Shown: positions 46,601 to 58,800 of the stretch, one piece after another
How positions within the stretch are numbered: position 1 is the stretch's first letter
How the letters are laid out: every line of letters starts with the position of its first letter
Assembly (NCBI GenBank): GCA_973895155.1
Contig: OZ316895.1
Span: 9,536,184 to 9,600,183, forward strand
Direction of reading: 5' to 3'
Source: Marsupella aquatica
Taxonomy: Eukaryota; Plantae; Marchantiophyta
Length of the DNA stretch: 64,000 nt
Program-made: the position numbers and the translations under genes
Notes under the pieces: model-generated
The model's input: only the letters and a program-made list of their open reading frames with translations
The model's database searches: none
Told to the model about the DNA's origin: nothing

Positions 46601-47475
46601 TCATTGCCGCGAGCTAGGAGTCTCAAAAGTTTCAGTGTGTGAAAACCCTAAACGTGGTTATGGGAGTTCCAATGTACATGGCCCGAAGTGATTGCCAGGT
46701 AAATTCTCTCACTCTTCGTGCTGTCCTTTGTTAGCGCCTAGCGCTAGCTAAAAATGTTTTCATTTACCCTTCGGTTAAGGGGATATTCTTTGTTAGCGCC
46801 TGGCGCTATCCAAAATTCATTGTTATGCCATGAGTTAAATGATTTTCTGGTTGGATCGTCGGCATCTTAACAATGGACTTTGTTGGGATTTCACAGGTTT
46901 TCACATTGAGATTGGATCTGTTCAGTCGTGTTTCGTCAAAGGTTAAGGTTCCAAAGGACCCCAAGTTTTGACCCCTCTCTGCAATTGAAGATCCTTCTAT
47001 CACTAACCTTATTGGTCTCCCGAGTGTGAGGAAGGATCCAACTCCTTCAGCAGCGTTTGCTGGCAATGGACGCTTGTCCGTTGGGTTCATGCAATCTGTG
47101 TTAGAGTTAATCACTCGGCCGGGTGACATTGTCATGGACTGGACTGTGGGTTCGGGAAGTACATTTGTTGCTGGTGACTATTGTGGTCGTTTTACTCTTG
47201 GTATAGAAAACCGAAAAGAGTTTGTTGAGATTGCGGAAAAGACATGGATGGATTTATTGATTCCAAAGGATGTCAGTTCCTCATCTCCCGCTAAAGATGT
47301 GGGAAGAAAACAAAAAGATAAAGTTCGCTCTGTCTTAAATTTTGACTCTGAAGATGAAGAGGATGGAGATGCTGTTGGAGATGATGCTTCAGGAGGACAA
47401 GGAGAGGAAAACAACGGAGATGAGAAGGAGAGGCATACGACGGAAGAAACAGAAGATTTGGATTCTTCTGAGTAA
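43688..47475 (+). pseudogene. Spliced accessory gene: ParB/Srx-like N-terminal domain plus C-terminal N4C/N6A DNA methyltransferase-like domain
   Basis: VFDGNHRL at ~44105 and LELITRPGDIVMDWTVGSGSTFVAG...GIE at ~47100-47210. Introns at 44254-44361, ~45693-45986 and ~46699-46896. Several in-frame TAG/TGA stops. Confidence 0.7.
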
Positions 47476-48326
47476 TGCCCGTAAGCTACTTCACTTTACA
47501 TTATTGATTCTGTTACTATCCCATTTTCATTTTCAATTCTAATATGGTTCCATTCCTCTTCCAGATCGGAGTGGAATCTTCAAGAACGTTTTAATCTTTG
47601 GAGGAAATCCTCGAGAAAAGTTCTCGTTTCTCCTCAGAAGCCTTTCGTGTTGCCATCGTATGCAGAATATGCTGCCCGTAAAGAAGAACAGAGGAGAACA
47701 CTTACTTGGGAGAGTAAGGGCTTAAGGTTAAGAAGAGGTTTAGATAGGAAATTCATCCATCAGCCTTTACTCAATGATGGACCTAGAAGCGAATTTATAG
47801 ATGATGAAGCTGAGTCGACGGATAGGTCTAGCAATAGCGAGTCCAAGTCTTCTAACTTGGAATAGGTTGAATGGGAATTTCTAAGGTTTTCTTTGGAACC
47901 TTGTACTAGCGCCCGGCGCTATTAAACAGGGTGTTCGGATCTGAGACTTTAAATGAGTTAGACGCACCGGGAGTCTCTTTCCTGAGTGCATATTTGTGCA
48001 GATATCAGAAATGCATGTACTCGTACAGTTGTACGGTGAATAATTATACCTTCAGTCTGTACGTATTTTCGTTTTTGGTTGATATGATCGTTTGGACTCT
48101 CTCAAAGTGTAGTGTTTGTTCAACTTCGGGATTGTTCAACTTCGAGTTTGTTCAACCCTAAACGCATTTCTCCCTTTCATTTCTGTGAGGCGCCGACTCA
48201 CCTCTTCCCTTCATTTCGTTTGTGCACTGCCCAGACTCACCTCTTCCCTTCGTTTCATTTCTGGTCTGCCCGGACTCACCTCTTCTCTTCTCCCTGAGTT
48301 TTGCATCCGTTGTTTTCATCAACTGA

Positions 48327-48797
48327 ATGGATAAGGGAAAGCAAATAGCAAAATCGGAGAGCTGCAATCCGCCAAAGGCGATGGTTTGGAGGTCGATTAG
48401 AGATCCGGGTTTAGATTTGACTCCATCTTTTACGCAGTGCCCAGAGACGTCGACCGAGAGGAACAAGTTGTGGCTGGCCACGGATGAGGGTATTAGCCAC
48501 AGAACTGGACACCTTCCATCGCGTGATCCTTCGCCTCCACTTCCTTTTCGAGAGAGGTTCTCTGTTCACGACCCTGATCCTTCCAATGTGTATCGGGTGG
48601 AAAGGACATCTTTTTTCAGAGACATCCAAGCAGACACCGGACGTGTGAGCTTTTCAGATTCGAACATCCTGAACGACCGGAGTCGGAGTCGCTATCCCGG
48701 ACCTCGTTTTTTTCTGGATCGAGAGGATGGGTTTCGACAGGATGAGGATAGGTTCAAAGTTGGGTTGGACGACGACTGCATGTTTTCTACTTCCTAG
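48327..48797 (+). CDS. Possible small third ORF of the MULE (156 aa, unknown function)
   Basis: ATG-initiated open frame between two palindrome copies, with no recognisable motif. Confidence 0.3.
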   Translation: MDKGKQIAKSESCNPPKAMVWRSIRDPGLDLTPSFTQCPETSTERNKLWLATDEGISHRTGHLPSRDPSPPLPFRERFSVHDPDPSNVYRVERTSFFRDIQADTGRVSFSDSNILNDRSRSRYPGPRFFLDREDGFRQDEDRFKVGLDDDCMFSTS

Positions 48798-49667
48798 AGA
48801 GTGTGGATTTCTTCTCGACACTAGCGCCTGGCGCTAGCTTTCATCTCATCGTTGGAGTCGTTCATGAGTTTGATTCATGTCATCTTTTTGAATGGGGGCT
48901 CCGGTTTGGCCGAGTTAGCTTTATTGCTCCTTCCATTTTATTATCGCATTAGGTTTTTTGAGTATGTTATTAGGGTTATTTCTTTTTCTCGAAGGTTATG
49001 GACTTTTATTACCTTCTGGATATCAATGTAATTTCTTTTTCAAGTAGCGCGTGTCGCTAGCGCCTGGCGCTACTATTATATGTTCTATTCTCCTCCACAA
49101 TTATGTAAACCCGCCTCTATAAAATTGTTTCTTTCATCTCTCTTTTTTCTAGTGTCCTCCAAATATGCTGCAAATACTATTCGTGGCTCTTTTATTGTTG
49201 AAATTGGTTGTTTCCTTTTACTGGAATCGGGTTCCTGTCAGATGGAAATCCCTGTGACAAAACGATCTTTAAGCTTGATCTGATGTATTCGGTCTTACCG
49301 AGCCAGCCAATTGTGAATGTCGGAGAACTCCAATTCATCTTAGGAAGGGAGAATCTGCATGGTTTATAGGAATTTTGATCATTCGACGATACATTGAACG
49401 GACATTTTGTTAATGTTGTTTTGAACGGCAACAAACTCTTGGTTAGCGCTCGGCGCTAGTAAAACTTGTCTTTCCATAATTGCTGTACAGAACTCTAAAC
49501 ATATTGGAGTTCCTATTGAAATTGGCCTCCTTTTTTGTCCAAAATTATGTCATCTTTTGTGTATGCTAGTACCAAATCTCCTGTTTTGTTCCTCTCTTTT
49601 TCCTGTTATGATTGTTACTGTTTTCTGTTTCCTGTTTCCTGTCACGGGGAAAAACCTCTGGCCAGAA

Positions 49668-52600
49668 CCTTTGGCCACTGGGATTCGAGCATCGTGATCC
49701 CATTGGCACGATGTTGGTCCTTACGCGATAACGCGTCCGCTACCGTATTTGTCTTCCCTGGAACGTGGCGGACTTCAAAATCGAAATCCGCCAAGAACAT
49801 CTGCCAGCGCATTTCCTTGGGGTTCAGCCTTGGCTTAGAACTGAAGTACCCGGCCGGCGAGCTATCTGTGTGGATTACCACTTTGGGACCGTTCGTAAGG
49901 TAAATCTCCCACTTCTTCAACGTGTAGATCATAGCATACATTAATTTCCCTTTCCGGCGTGATCCAGTGATTTTCCAACTTACATGACTCAAAGGCCACA
50001 GGACGCCCATCTTGGTGAAGACAGGCGTCGATGGCATAATCACTTGCGTCTGTCCAAATCTCGAACGGCTTCCCCATCTCAGGTAACTTTAGAACCGACA
50101 GCGTTATCATTAACCGCTTAAGTTCTAGGAATGCTAACTCGCAATCCTGTGTCCACACAAACACTTTGTTTTTCAACGTTAGCGCATTGAGGGGCTTCGC
50201 AATCCTCGCATAGTCTTTCATGTATCTCCGATAGAACCCCGTAAATCCTAAGAAGGCTCTAACTTGCCTTACATTGGACGGACGCTCCCATTCTTTGATC
50301 TCCTTAAGCTTTTCTTGACTAGGCATAATCCCTTCCGGGGTAAAGGTATGGGCGAGGAACTGAATCTCGTTCATTGCAAACTCGCACTTGCTAGGTTTAG
50401 CAAAGAGACGAGCCTTATGAAGGCGAGAGAACACTTCTCTGAGCAACTGCTCATGCTCCTCCAACATTTTTGAGTAGATTAGGATGTCGTCAATAAAGAC
50501 GACCACTCCTTGGTCCAACAAGTCATGAAAGATGGTATTCATCATCTTCATGAACGTTGGGGTTGCATTACACAACCCGAACGGCATAACCAAAAACTCA
50601 TAGGATTCGAACCTTGTGCGCATTGCGGTCTTATACTCGTCTCCCTTAGCCTGGATGCGGATCTGGTAATACCCAGACCGTAAGTCCACCTTTGAAAACT
50701 TCTTAGCCCCGGAGAGGCAATCGAAGAGGTCATCCATATGAGGTAACGGGTACTTGTTCTTTACCGTCTGCTTATTGAGGGCCCGGTAATCTGCGCACAA
50801 TCTCAAAGTACCATCCTTTTTGGACACAAACAGCGCGGGCGCCCCGTAAGGACTCTTACTAGGGCGAATGAACCCTTGGTCGATCAACTCTTCCAAGGCG
50901 TTCTTCAACATCATTCGCTTGTTCAAGTTCAGACGATAAGGAACTTTAGCCTGAGGAGCCGATCCCGGCTCCAACTCAACTTGGTGATCCACTTCTCTCC
51001 GCGGGGGTAAACCTTTAGGTAGCTTCTGCGAGAGCACATCGTTGAATTCCTCTAAAATTTTGGGAATTTGACCGCAGTCGGGCCCGACCTTAGCTGACTT
51101 GACCTTTGGCTACGACGTAGCCTCCTTAGTTGGGTGGAGATGAAAGAAGAAACATTCATGTCCACCCTTGAAGTCTTTCCACCATTGCTTTGCCGATACA
51201 CACGGAGACATCCACGACACTTTACTTACTTTAAGAAATCTTTCTTTATTTTTGGTAATTTTGTGTACAATGATGGGCTCACTGTCCTTATTGGGAAAAT
51301 GGAGCACCTCACCCCCCGGTTTCAAGGTAACATTGTGCTTTCTGAGATAACCTACCGACCAAATGAAGTCTACGGCTAGACCATCTAGAACGTAGAACAT
51401 CTCCTGACTAACAAAACTTAATTTGTTGTTCGCCTATGACCTCTACCCGAGGTCTATGCACTACTCTCGACACTATCCCTTTCATGTCGTTGGCGAACTT
51501 GCACACTAATGGTTGTAGCAACTCTTGCACGTCCACCCCAAGACGAGCTGCCGCCTGCCCACTTATGAAGCAGGCGGTCACGCTTGTATCCACCAAAGCA
51601 ACGCCCAGATTACCGTTAGAAGTGACATTCACAAAAATCAGTTTTTCAGGATCGCATGTCTTAACTTTAGGTATCTTCTCTCGCAACAACACCCTCTCTC
51701 CGTCAGGGACATCCCCTACAGGGACCTTGTCAGCTACTAAGGGTTTGGTTAGAGCGATACTTACCTTAATGCTCTTTTGCCCTCCACCATCTCCGTTTGG
51801 CTTGCCACCTTTCGTGGAACAATCCTTACTTTGATGGCCCATGGCGCCACATGTGAAGCACAAACCTTTAGCCCGCCTCTGCTCCATGGTTGCCTGCTTC
51901 TTTGCTTTCTGTGCCGATGAGGCTCCTTTCTTAAAGTTGCCGGCCTTCCGGTTTCGCTTAGCTTCTCCATTTTGGGGTTGGGGATCCGAACCACCGGCCC
52001 CCGCCCCCTCAGGTTGCTTACGCTTATTCCCAGGACCTTTTGCTTTCCCAGCTTCCCCCTTGGATCCTTTGCCACCCACCTTCGCCAAGTCCAATCGGTT
52101 ATTCACCAACGTAGTGGCCTTGTCAAAGGCGTCAGAAAGCATTTTGAACTCATGACGCTTTTCCTGCAACTTTTTCCTGAGCAACGGCGGGAGCTTCACG
52201 ATAAAGTTGTGGAGCTGTGTAGTTAGAGTCTCTTGTCCCGCCGGGATACACACCAACTGATTTTGGTAATAAGTGATAAACTTTTGGATATCACCCCTAA
52301 AGCTCATCTCCGTTACACATTTTTGAGCGTGCTGCTTCGGGTACTTAGTGGTGACATGAGCACGGAGACCCTCAACCAGGTTTTCCCAAGTTAACGGCAA
52401 GGAGGAGTCCTCTCGCAACTTCTTCCATGACTTGTACCAAGTCAAGGCATAGTCCTTCAGGTAAGGAGCGGCTGCGGTAGCCCAAGTGGAACGTTCAACG
52501 CACGCTTGGAGATGAATCTCCATCGTGGAGAGCCAACTCAGGAACTTTTGTCCACTTTGTTTGTAGGCCCCGTCGTAAGTTGGAGGAGTCGGTAGCTGGT

Positions 52601-53318
52601 TCACCTGGAACATACTTCGTCCAACTACCATTCCCCCCTCGGGATGCGATGCACTCTGACTACCCAGACTAAGTAAGTACTTAATCTGGGCCCCCTTGTT
52701 GTGTTCCAACTACTCATAGATGAGTCATTGGTCTTGAGTCAACGGACCCAGACCGTTGTCAGCGGCCGGGCCCTTGCGGGTTGTATGAGGACGGTCCTCC
52801 AACCGTCTTTCCTTTGCGGGCCGCCTGTCCTTAGGTTCTCTTGTGGATTTTGGTGATACCCCCCGTGTCTTGCGAGCACCATGACCTCCATGGACTGAGG
52901 TATCACCTGCGTCATCCTAGTTCTGCTTGGCCAAATTATCCACGATGATGTCCGTCTCGGCATCATCCTCTGGTTCCGCATTCAACCCTCTCAAGGCTGG
53001 GATCAGTTCCTCTTCCGGGTCCTGACCCTCTTCCTCTGTCTCAGCTTCAGCGTTGTCGTCACTTGCGGTTGCGTCGTCGTCGTCATCCGACCCATCCTTT
53101 GAAGGATTAGCCGCCTCCTTCCCTTTAAGTTGATGGAACTCTGCACTTGACTTGTTTGCCGCAGCGGTCGACAGTTCAGTCGTAGCGTCCTCTTCATCTT
53201 GCTTGTAACGTTCGTCTAGGGAAGTTGACCCATCCTCCTTCTGTTCATCGTGAACTTGGGCTCTTCCCTTGGTGGGGGGAGCCTGCTTGCCACTCTTTGT
53301 GCGAGTGTTTTTTGCCAT
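49668..53318 (-). pseudogene. Chromovirus gag-protease-RT-RNase H (disrupted)
   Basis: CFTCGAMGHQSKDC knuckle, ALVDTS protease, LCADYRALN, MPFGLCNA, FIDDIL and WTDASD, with stops and frameshifts. Confidence 0.9.
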
Positions 53319-53482
53319 GTTCCCAGCGACCGAATCTGCCCGCAGTCGACCCGCCGGGCACGTTGAAGCACTAAGTCCCCGCAAAAATCCGTTAAGATTT
53401 TTGGATTTCGTTAAGATTTTTGGATTCCGACTTAGCACGACCCCGGCCCGGTGTCTATGTCGGCAATTGCTCTAATACCACA

Positions 53483-54976
53483 AGTGGTGGACCTAGCCAC
53501 CTAACGCCCTCACCAATCCCAGCACTTGCGCCTAAGTGCCCTTGGTGCCCAAACGCCTCCACGGAATACCTCGAGCAAGCATCCAAGTGCCTCTAGCACC
53601 ACCTACGGCCCCTCCCATATGAAGCCGCACTTGCTCACCTACACGACCGCTACTCAACGGTCCTCATTGTCTGCACAAGCAACCAAGCACCTCGGTAAGT
53701 AACCCCTCCGGATCTAGAACTTGCCAAGTCTAGCATCCTAACTCATGCTCAACAGACGTTGGTAAATAGGTCAATGATAGGTCCTCCCGATGCCATAAGC
53801 CAGAACCAGAACCCACGCCCACTGTCCGTCCAAGACAGCTCCTTCCATGGGCACGGCCCGAGTTCCCCCTCGTACCTATCCATCACCAACTGACCGCCCT
53901 GACCTCAGGACATGCTCATGGCCCAAATAGCGTAGCTTGTCCTAAAGCTTGTCCCAAGCTTGTCTCAACACGCCGGGACCAGAATGGCCCCAACTCTAAT
54001 AACTGCTCCCGGTTTGCCCCACTGATGGTCTAGGGACCGAGCGCCCTTGGAACTCAGCCTCCATACCTACTTGGCCTTGCCTTCCCAACGCAAGCTCCCT
54101 TGGGAGGCTGAACGCGGCTTGGCTGCTGTTCGGCAGGATTTGGCAAGCGGGCAAGCTAACACCCGCAAACCACAAGAACTTATGGCACCCCCGGACCCCT
54201 CTAAGCTCAAGAGGGCGTAGCCTTCCTCAAGAGCTTTCCAACGCACCCAAGAAATCCTCCAACAAATTTCCCGTTGGGAAGATATTGCCATTTCCGTTTG
54301 GCGGTTTTCCTTAGTGTCGCGACTGCCGCAGCTCACGACTTTGGCTCGGCCTTAGCCCCCAGGTTGACACCACTCCCCTCATATATGCTTCTGGAGACCT
54401 GCCACCCCCGGACCAACTTTGGTCCCTAAACATTTGGCCCCCAACCCGGATCCCATCGCGCATAATGGGCGCGCCATCAACTAGCAACGCCCATAACTTT
54501 CTTGATAGGCATCCGCAAGCGGAGTGCCTTAGCTCGTTGTGACCGGGCCGACCCAGTGCTCATGCCTAGGCCCTCAGGTCTGATCGCCGCTCGGAGCCCC
54601 CAACCGGACCAACCCGGATCGGGCCACAACTTGCGCCCCAAGCGTCCTTTGCCAATGGCGTCAACTCCATTGGCCTTGGGCCCAAGAGGAGCTCACTCCC
54701 AAGCCCTCAGAACTCAAAGCCCATCCGACGGTCCGGACGGCCATCCTTGAGCCCGGCCCTTTTGCCCTTGACCGGACCAGCCATAGGCCAGTCCAAGTCC
54801 TTAGTGTGTGTCCCCAACTTGGCCCCTTGCCTCGCTAGTGCCACGTCTCATTGCCCACAAGTCTCCCCGTGCTAAGTCCTCCCCGGATGGCCTATCCGGG
54901 CCTGGACCATAAGAGAGCTCGGCGTCAAAGTCAGCGACGCCGGAGCTAAGTGTTAAGGTAGTCAAGTTCGGCGACT
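53483..54976 (-). repeat. 5' LTR of the chromovirus
   Basis: Direct repeat of 19048-20540, adjacent to the PBS. Confidence 0.9.
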
Positions 54977-55399
54977 CTAACCAAAACGGGTTACAAAGAG
55001 GAAGATTAGAGATATCTCTCCCTCTTGGATTCATAATGATTCTCTTGTTCCTTTGCTATCCGGGCCAAAGGATGCCCCACCCCTAAGTTCCCAAAGAGAC
55101 CTTGTTCCCTAAGGTCCCATCTATAAGTCTACTAGCACTCATTTCTTTGCTATCCGGGCCAAAGGATGCCCCACTACTATGTACATAAGGCAAATAATAG
55201 AAGAGAAAGATGAAAGAAAAAAAGAGGATCACTTCGACGCGGAAATTATCAAAATGTGAGAATGAGGAGAGAGTGTCCATCACCACTTTATTTATATTGA
55301 ATCCAAGAGGGCATGGATTATGCCCAAACGCTTGGATGAAAGCCAAGTGGCACACATCCAACGTAGGAATGTGTGCTAGTACTATTGCAATCAAAACAA

Positions 55400-55760
55400 A
55401 TAATGCATGCAAGTAAAACAATTAATGCATGCACCTAAAACAATTTGTGCATGCATGCACCTTGTGGCTTGCACATTTGCTCACCTTGCATGCGCATAAA
55501 ACAATTTGCATGCATCTAAAATAATTTGTGCATGCACCTTGTGGCTTGCACATTTGCTCACCTTGCATGCGGATAAAACAACTAATGCATGCAAACAAAA
55601 CAATTTGCATGCATCTAAAATAATTTGTGCATGCACCTTGTGGCTTGCACATTTGTTCACCTTGCATGCACATAAAACAAAGTCTACTGCATGCAAATAA
55701 AACAATTTGTGCATGCATCTTGTGGTTTGCATAGTTGCTTACCTTGCATGCACATAAGTA
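55400..55760. repeat. TGCATGCA-rich tandem repeat (~96-bp units) within the solo LTR
   Basis: Repeated AATTTGTGCATGCACCTTGTGGCTTGCACATTTG...CCTTGCATGC. Confidence 0.85.
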
Positions 55761-55871
55761 ATAGTCAAACTATTTAGTTACCCTGTAAACATATAAACCT
55801 AATCTATATACTTAATAATATACTTAGTGATAATAATTTCATCATGAATAAATGAATTATCACGACAACGC

Positions 55872-58800
55872 ACACGTAAGATTGTCCGGCCTGCGGTCAC
55901 ATCAAGTGTCGTGGGTGCTGTCTGCTATAAATAAACATAATCATCAAGATGAAATCGTCGAATGCTTGCACGGTAATTTCCTCCACAAATAATGACATAC
56001 CTCAAAGTATCACGATGTTGGGCAATGGCAAGGTTGTCAAAAGCCATGGACATCACTCTCTAAAATACCCGTGCTCTCTCTGAATACACCTTGACCCAAA
56101 CATCAGGATCATCCAAGTTCACAATTGGTGCAGCATCACGATGAATAGTTGCTGGCAAATTTGGCTCTCTACCATAGAGCAAAAAGTAAGGTGAGAAGGA
56201 TGCAAGTGATGCTTGCCAACTGAAATGGTAGTCCATAGCTAACCAAGGTAGCTGGAGATCCCAATCTCCCAGATAACCAACCTGCAAGCCATACTTACGC
56301 AATCCTCTCTTCACAGTTTGCACAACTCTCTCAGCTAATCCATCTGCCTCAGGATGATCACGAGAGGTAGTACAATGATCAATTAGAGCTTGCTCACACA
56401 AATTCTCAAACTCTCCACGGAACTCAGTTCGTTGATCAGTCAACACCTCAGCTGGTGCTCCAAAATGACTGAGTACATGATCCAAAAATATAGCAGCAAC
56501 TCCTCCACTGGCTTTATTTGGCAACGCCACTAGCTCAATCCACTTGGAGAAGTGCTCCACCATGACCAAAACATATCGATTATGACGTTGGGTAAGAGGT
56601 AATGGACCAGCAAAATCCAAACTCCAACGATATCCCAAACCCATGATCGGCAACGGGTGCAACTGGGGAGTGGGAGCATTAAATGATGCTCTCACTCTGT
56701 CACATACCACACACTTAGCTATCAACTGTTGGACATGAGTGTGCATACCACGCCACCAATACTATGTCTGCAGCAAGCTGTAAGTGCGCTTCACACCAAA
56801 GTGACCCAACTCCTCGTGCGCGCGCATGTCGCACCAAATGTACTTGTTGTGATAGTTTTGGTACCACCAACACCCTACCATCATGCAGTACTCTCAGAAG
56901 ATGGTATCCTTCCTATCAAAACCTCTTGGCTCTTTGCAGAACCCTGTCACGCTCCTTGGCATCAACACTGCCAACAATAGAACCACTGCACAGATATTCC
57001 AATACTCTCACATCATTGTGAATATCTTGCTGTCTAGAAGTTATTTCACCAACATCCACATCTGAAGACTCATCATCCACTCCATACTAATGAGGTAGAG
57101 TCCACAGATCCACTGTGTGCTGACACCCAACAGAGAAAGGTAGATGCATGCCATCTTGGCACCATCTCCTTATCTGACTCATCATGCCGGCTCCAGTCTC
57201 ATCCTGTTGATTGGTACATGGGTTGCGGCTCAACCCATCTGCATCCAAGTTCACCTTTCCAGGTTTATGTACAACTTGGAAATCATATTCCTGTAAGCTT
57301 GTCAGACTCCATTAACCACTTAAGAGGCTGATGATCAGTGATCAAGGTGAAGGGGTTACCAAACAAGTAGCAACAAAAGTGTGCAACAGCCCACACTGCT
57401 GCCAAACACTCTCCCTCATAAGAGCTATACTTAGCCTCTGTTGAATTGTTTGATCTACTGGCATATGCCATAACAAACTCATGCCCCTCATCATCCTCTT
57501 GAGTCAGCACTGCTCCAAGTCCTACTCCACTCCGCTTGTCAGACTTCATTAACCACTTAAGAGGCTGATGATTTGTGTGTAGCTGAAATAGTCTGCCTGA
57601 AATGGGTCTTCTCAAAATAAGGGAAGATGCCAACCTTTGCTTCAACTCCTGAAAGGCATGCTCCTGGTCATCACCCCAAATCCATTCCTGATCCAACTTA
57701 GTGAGTATGGTTAAAGGTTTAGCAAGCTGGCTAAATCCTTAACATACCTCCTATAGTAGCTCGCCAATCCCAAGAATGCAAGAACTCTACTCACATCAGT
57801 AGGACGAGGAATCTGTGTAATGGCCTCCACTTTAGTCTATTGTACACCCAATCCCCCTGGGTATATAGTGTGGCCCAAATATTCAATCTGGTCTTGGAAG
57901 AACTTACACTTAGTTGCTAGGATGGAGCTTCAACCCATGTGCTCTCAATCTCTCCAACACAATCTGCAAGTGCTGCTGCTGTTCTTCCATAGTAGAAGAA
58001 TAGACCAAAATATCATCAATATAACATCTGACAAAATCCAAACCTGCAAGGATTCATGACTCTCTGGAACTCAGCTGGTGCATTCTTCAACCCAAATGGT
58101 AAGAACAACCACTGATACAAATGATCTTTGCCATAAGAATCAATCCCCTAGAATGTTGTCTTGGACCTGTTAGCATGCCTAATTGGAAGCTGATGGTACC
58201 TTGCCCTCAGATCCAATGAACTGAAAACCTTTGCATATATGCCCCACAACATCAAAGATCTCCTCAGGTGTGGGCATGGTATATCTATCAGATTTTGTCT
58301 AGCGATTAATGGGTGACCTGTAATAATCACACATGCGCCTATTTGTGTAATTGCCATGCACATCCTTCTTGGCTGGCATCACTATGGCAGATGCATACTC
58401 CCCATGATATGAAATCTCCACCAATCCAGCCTCCAACAAATCTTGAGTTCTACTTTGAATTAGAGCTCTCTCCATGTTACTGTAACGGTATGGTCTACAA
58501 AAGATTGGCGCATCACTAGCCAATTCAATTTGAATACCAGGGCCCTTTAATGTCCCCAAATCCTTCATGCTAAATGCAAAACAATTTCAATAACTCTTCA
58601 GGAATTGATGCATGCGACGTCTCTCCTCCCCTGTCAACTTAGGGCCAAGCTATGGTTCCCAACTCTCCACCAAATCCCTAATATCTCTTTGTAGGGTAGA
58701 AGAGATAGCCGATGATTGCTATTTAGCAGTAGATTTTGAGCAGTCCCTTTCTGCTCAACAATCTGTCCAGCCTTGGCTAATCCTGCCATAGGTCCATGGA

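Larger units (their letters stand above)
38303..49458. repeat. Dispersed 15-bp palindrome TAGCGCCNGGCGCTA (~20 copies)
   Basis: Copies at 38303, 38474, 40192, 40253, 42546, 42790, 42905, 42967, 43072, 43134, 44324, 45820, 45925, 46732, 46794, 47907, 48822, 49045, 49058 and 49444, some with mismatches. Confidence 0.9.
37917..49658. mobile_element. 11.7-kb Mutator-like (MULE) DNA transposon with ~140-bp TIRs
   Basis: Inverted termini around TGACAGGAAACAGGAAACAG and a 9-bp TSD CGGCCAGAA (37908-37916) / TGGCCAGAA (49659-49667). Removing the element restores host pol KVLAAAYGDD. Confidence 0.9.
19048..54976 (-). mobile_element. Degenerate chromoviral Ty3/Gypsy element with ~1.49-kb LTRs, interrupted by two insertions
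   Basis: LTRs at 53483-54976 and 19048-20540, TSD CTAAC on both sides, tRNA-Met-like PBS TGGTATTAGAGC, and PPT GGGGGGGGTGCA. Confidence 0.92.
18604..55867 (-). mobile_element. Probable solo LTR (18604-19047 plus 54982-55867) split by later insertions
   Basis: The minus strand starts TGTCGTG and ends TTGGATA (possibly CA>TA). ACGC is duplicated at 18600-18603 and 55868-55871, and removing the insert restores the host integrase frame. Confidence 0.6.
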
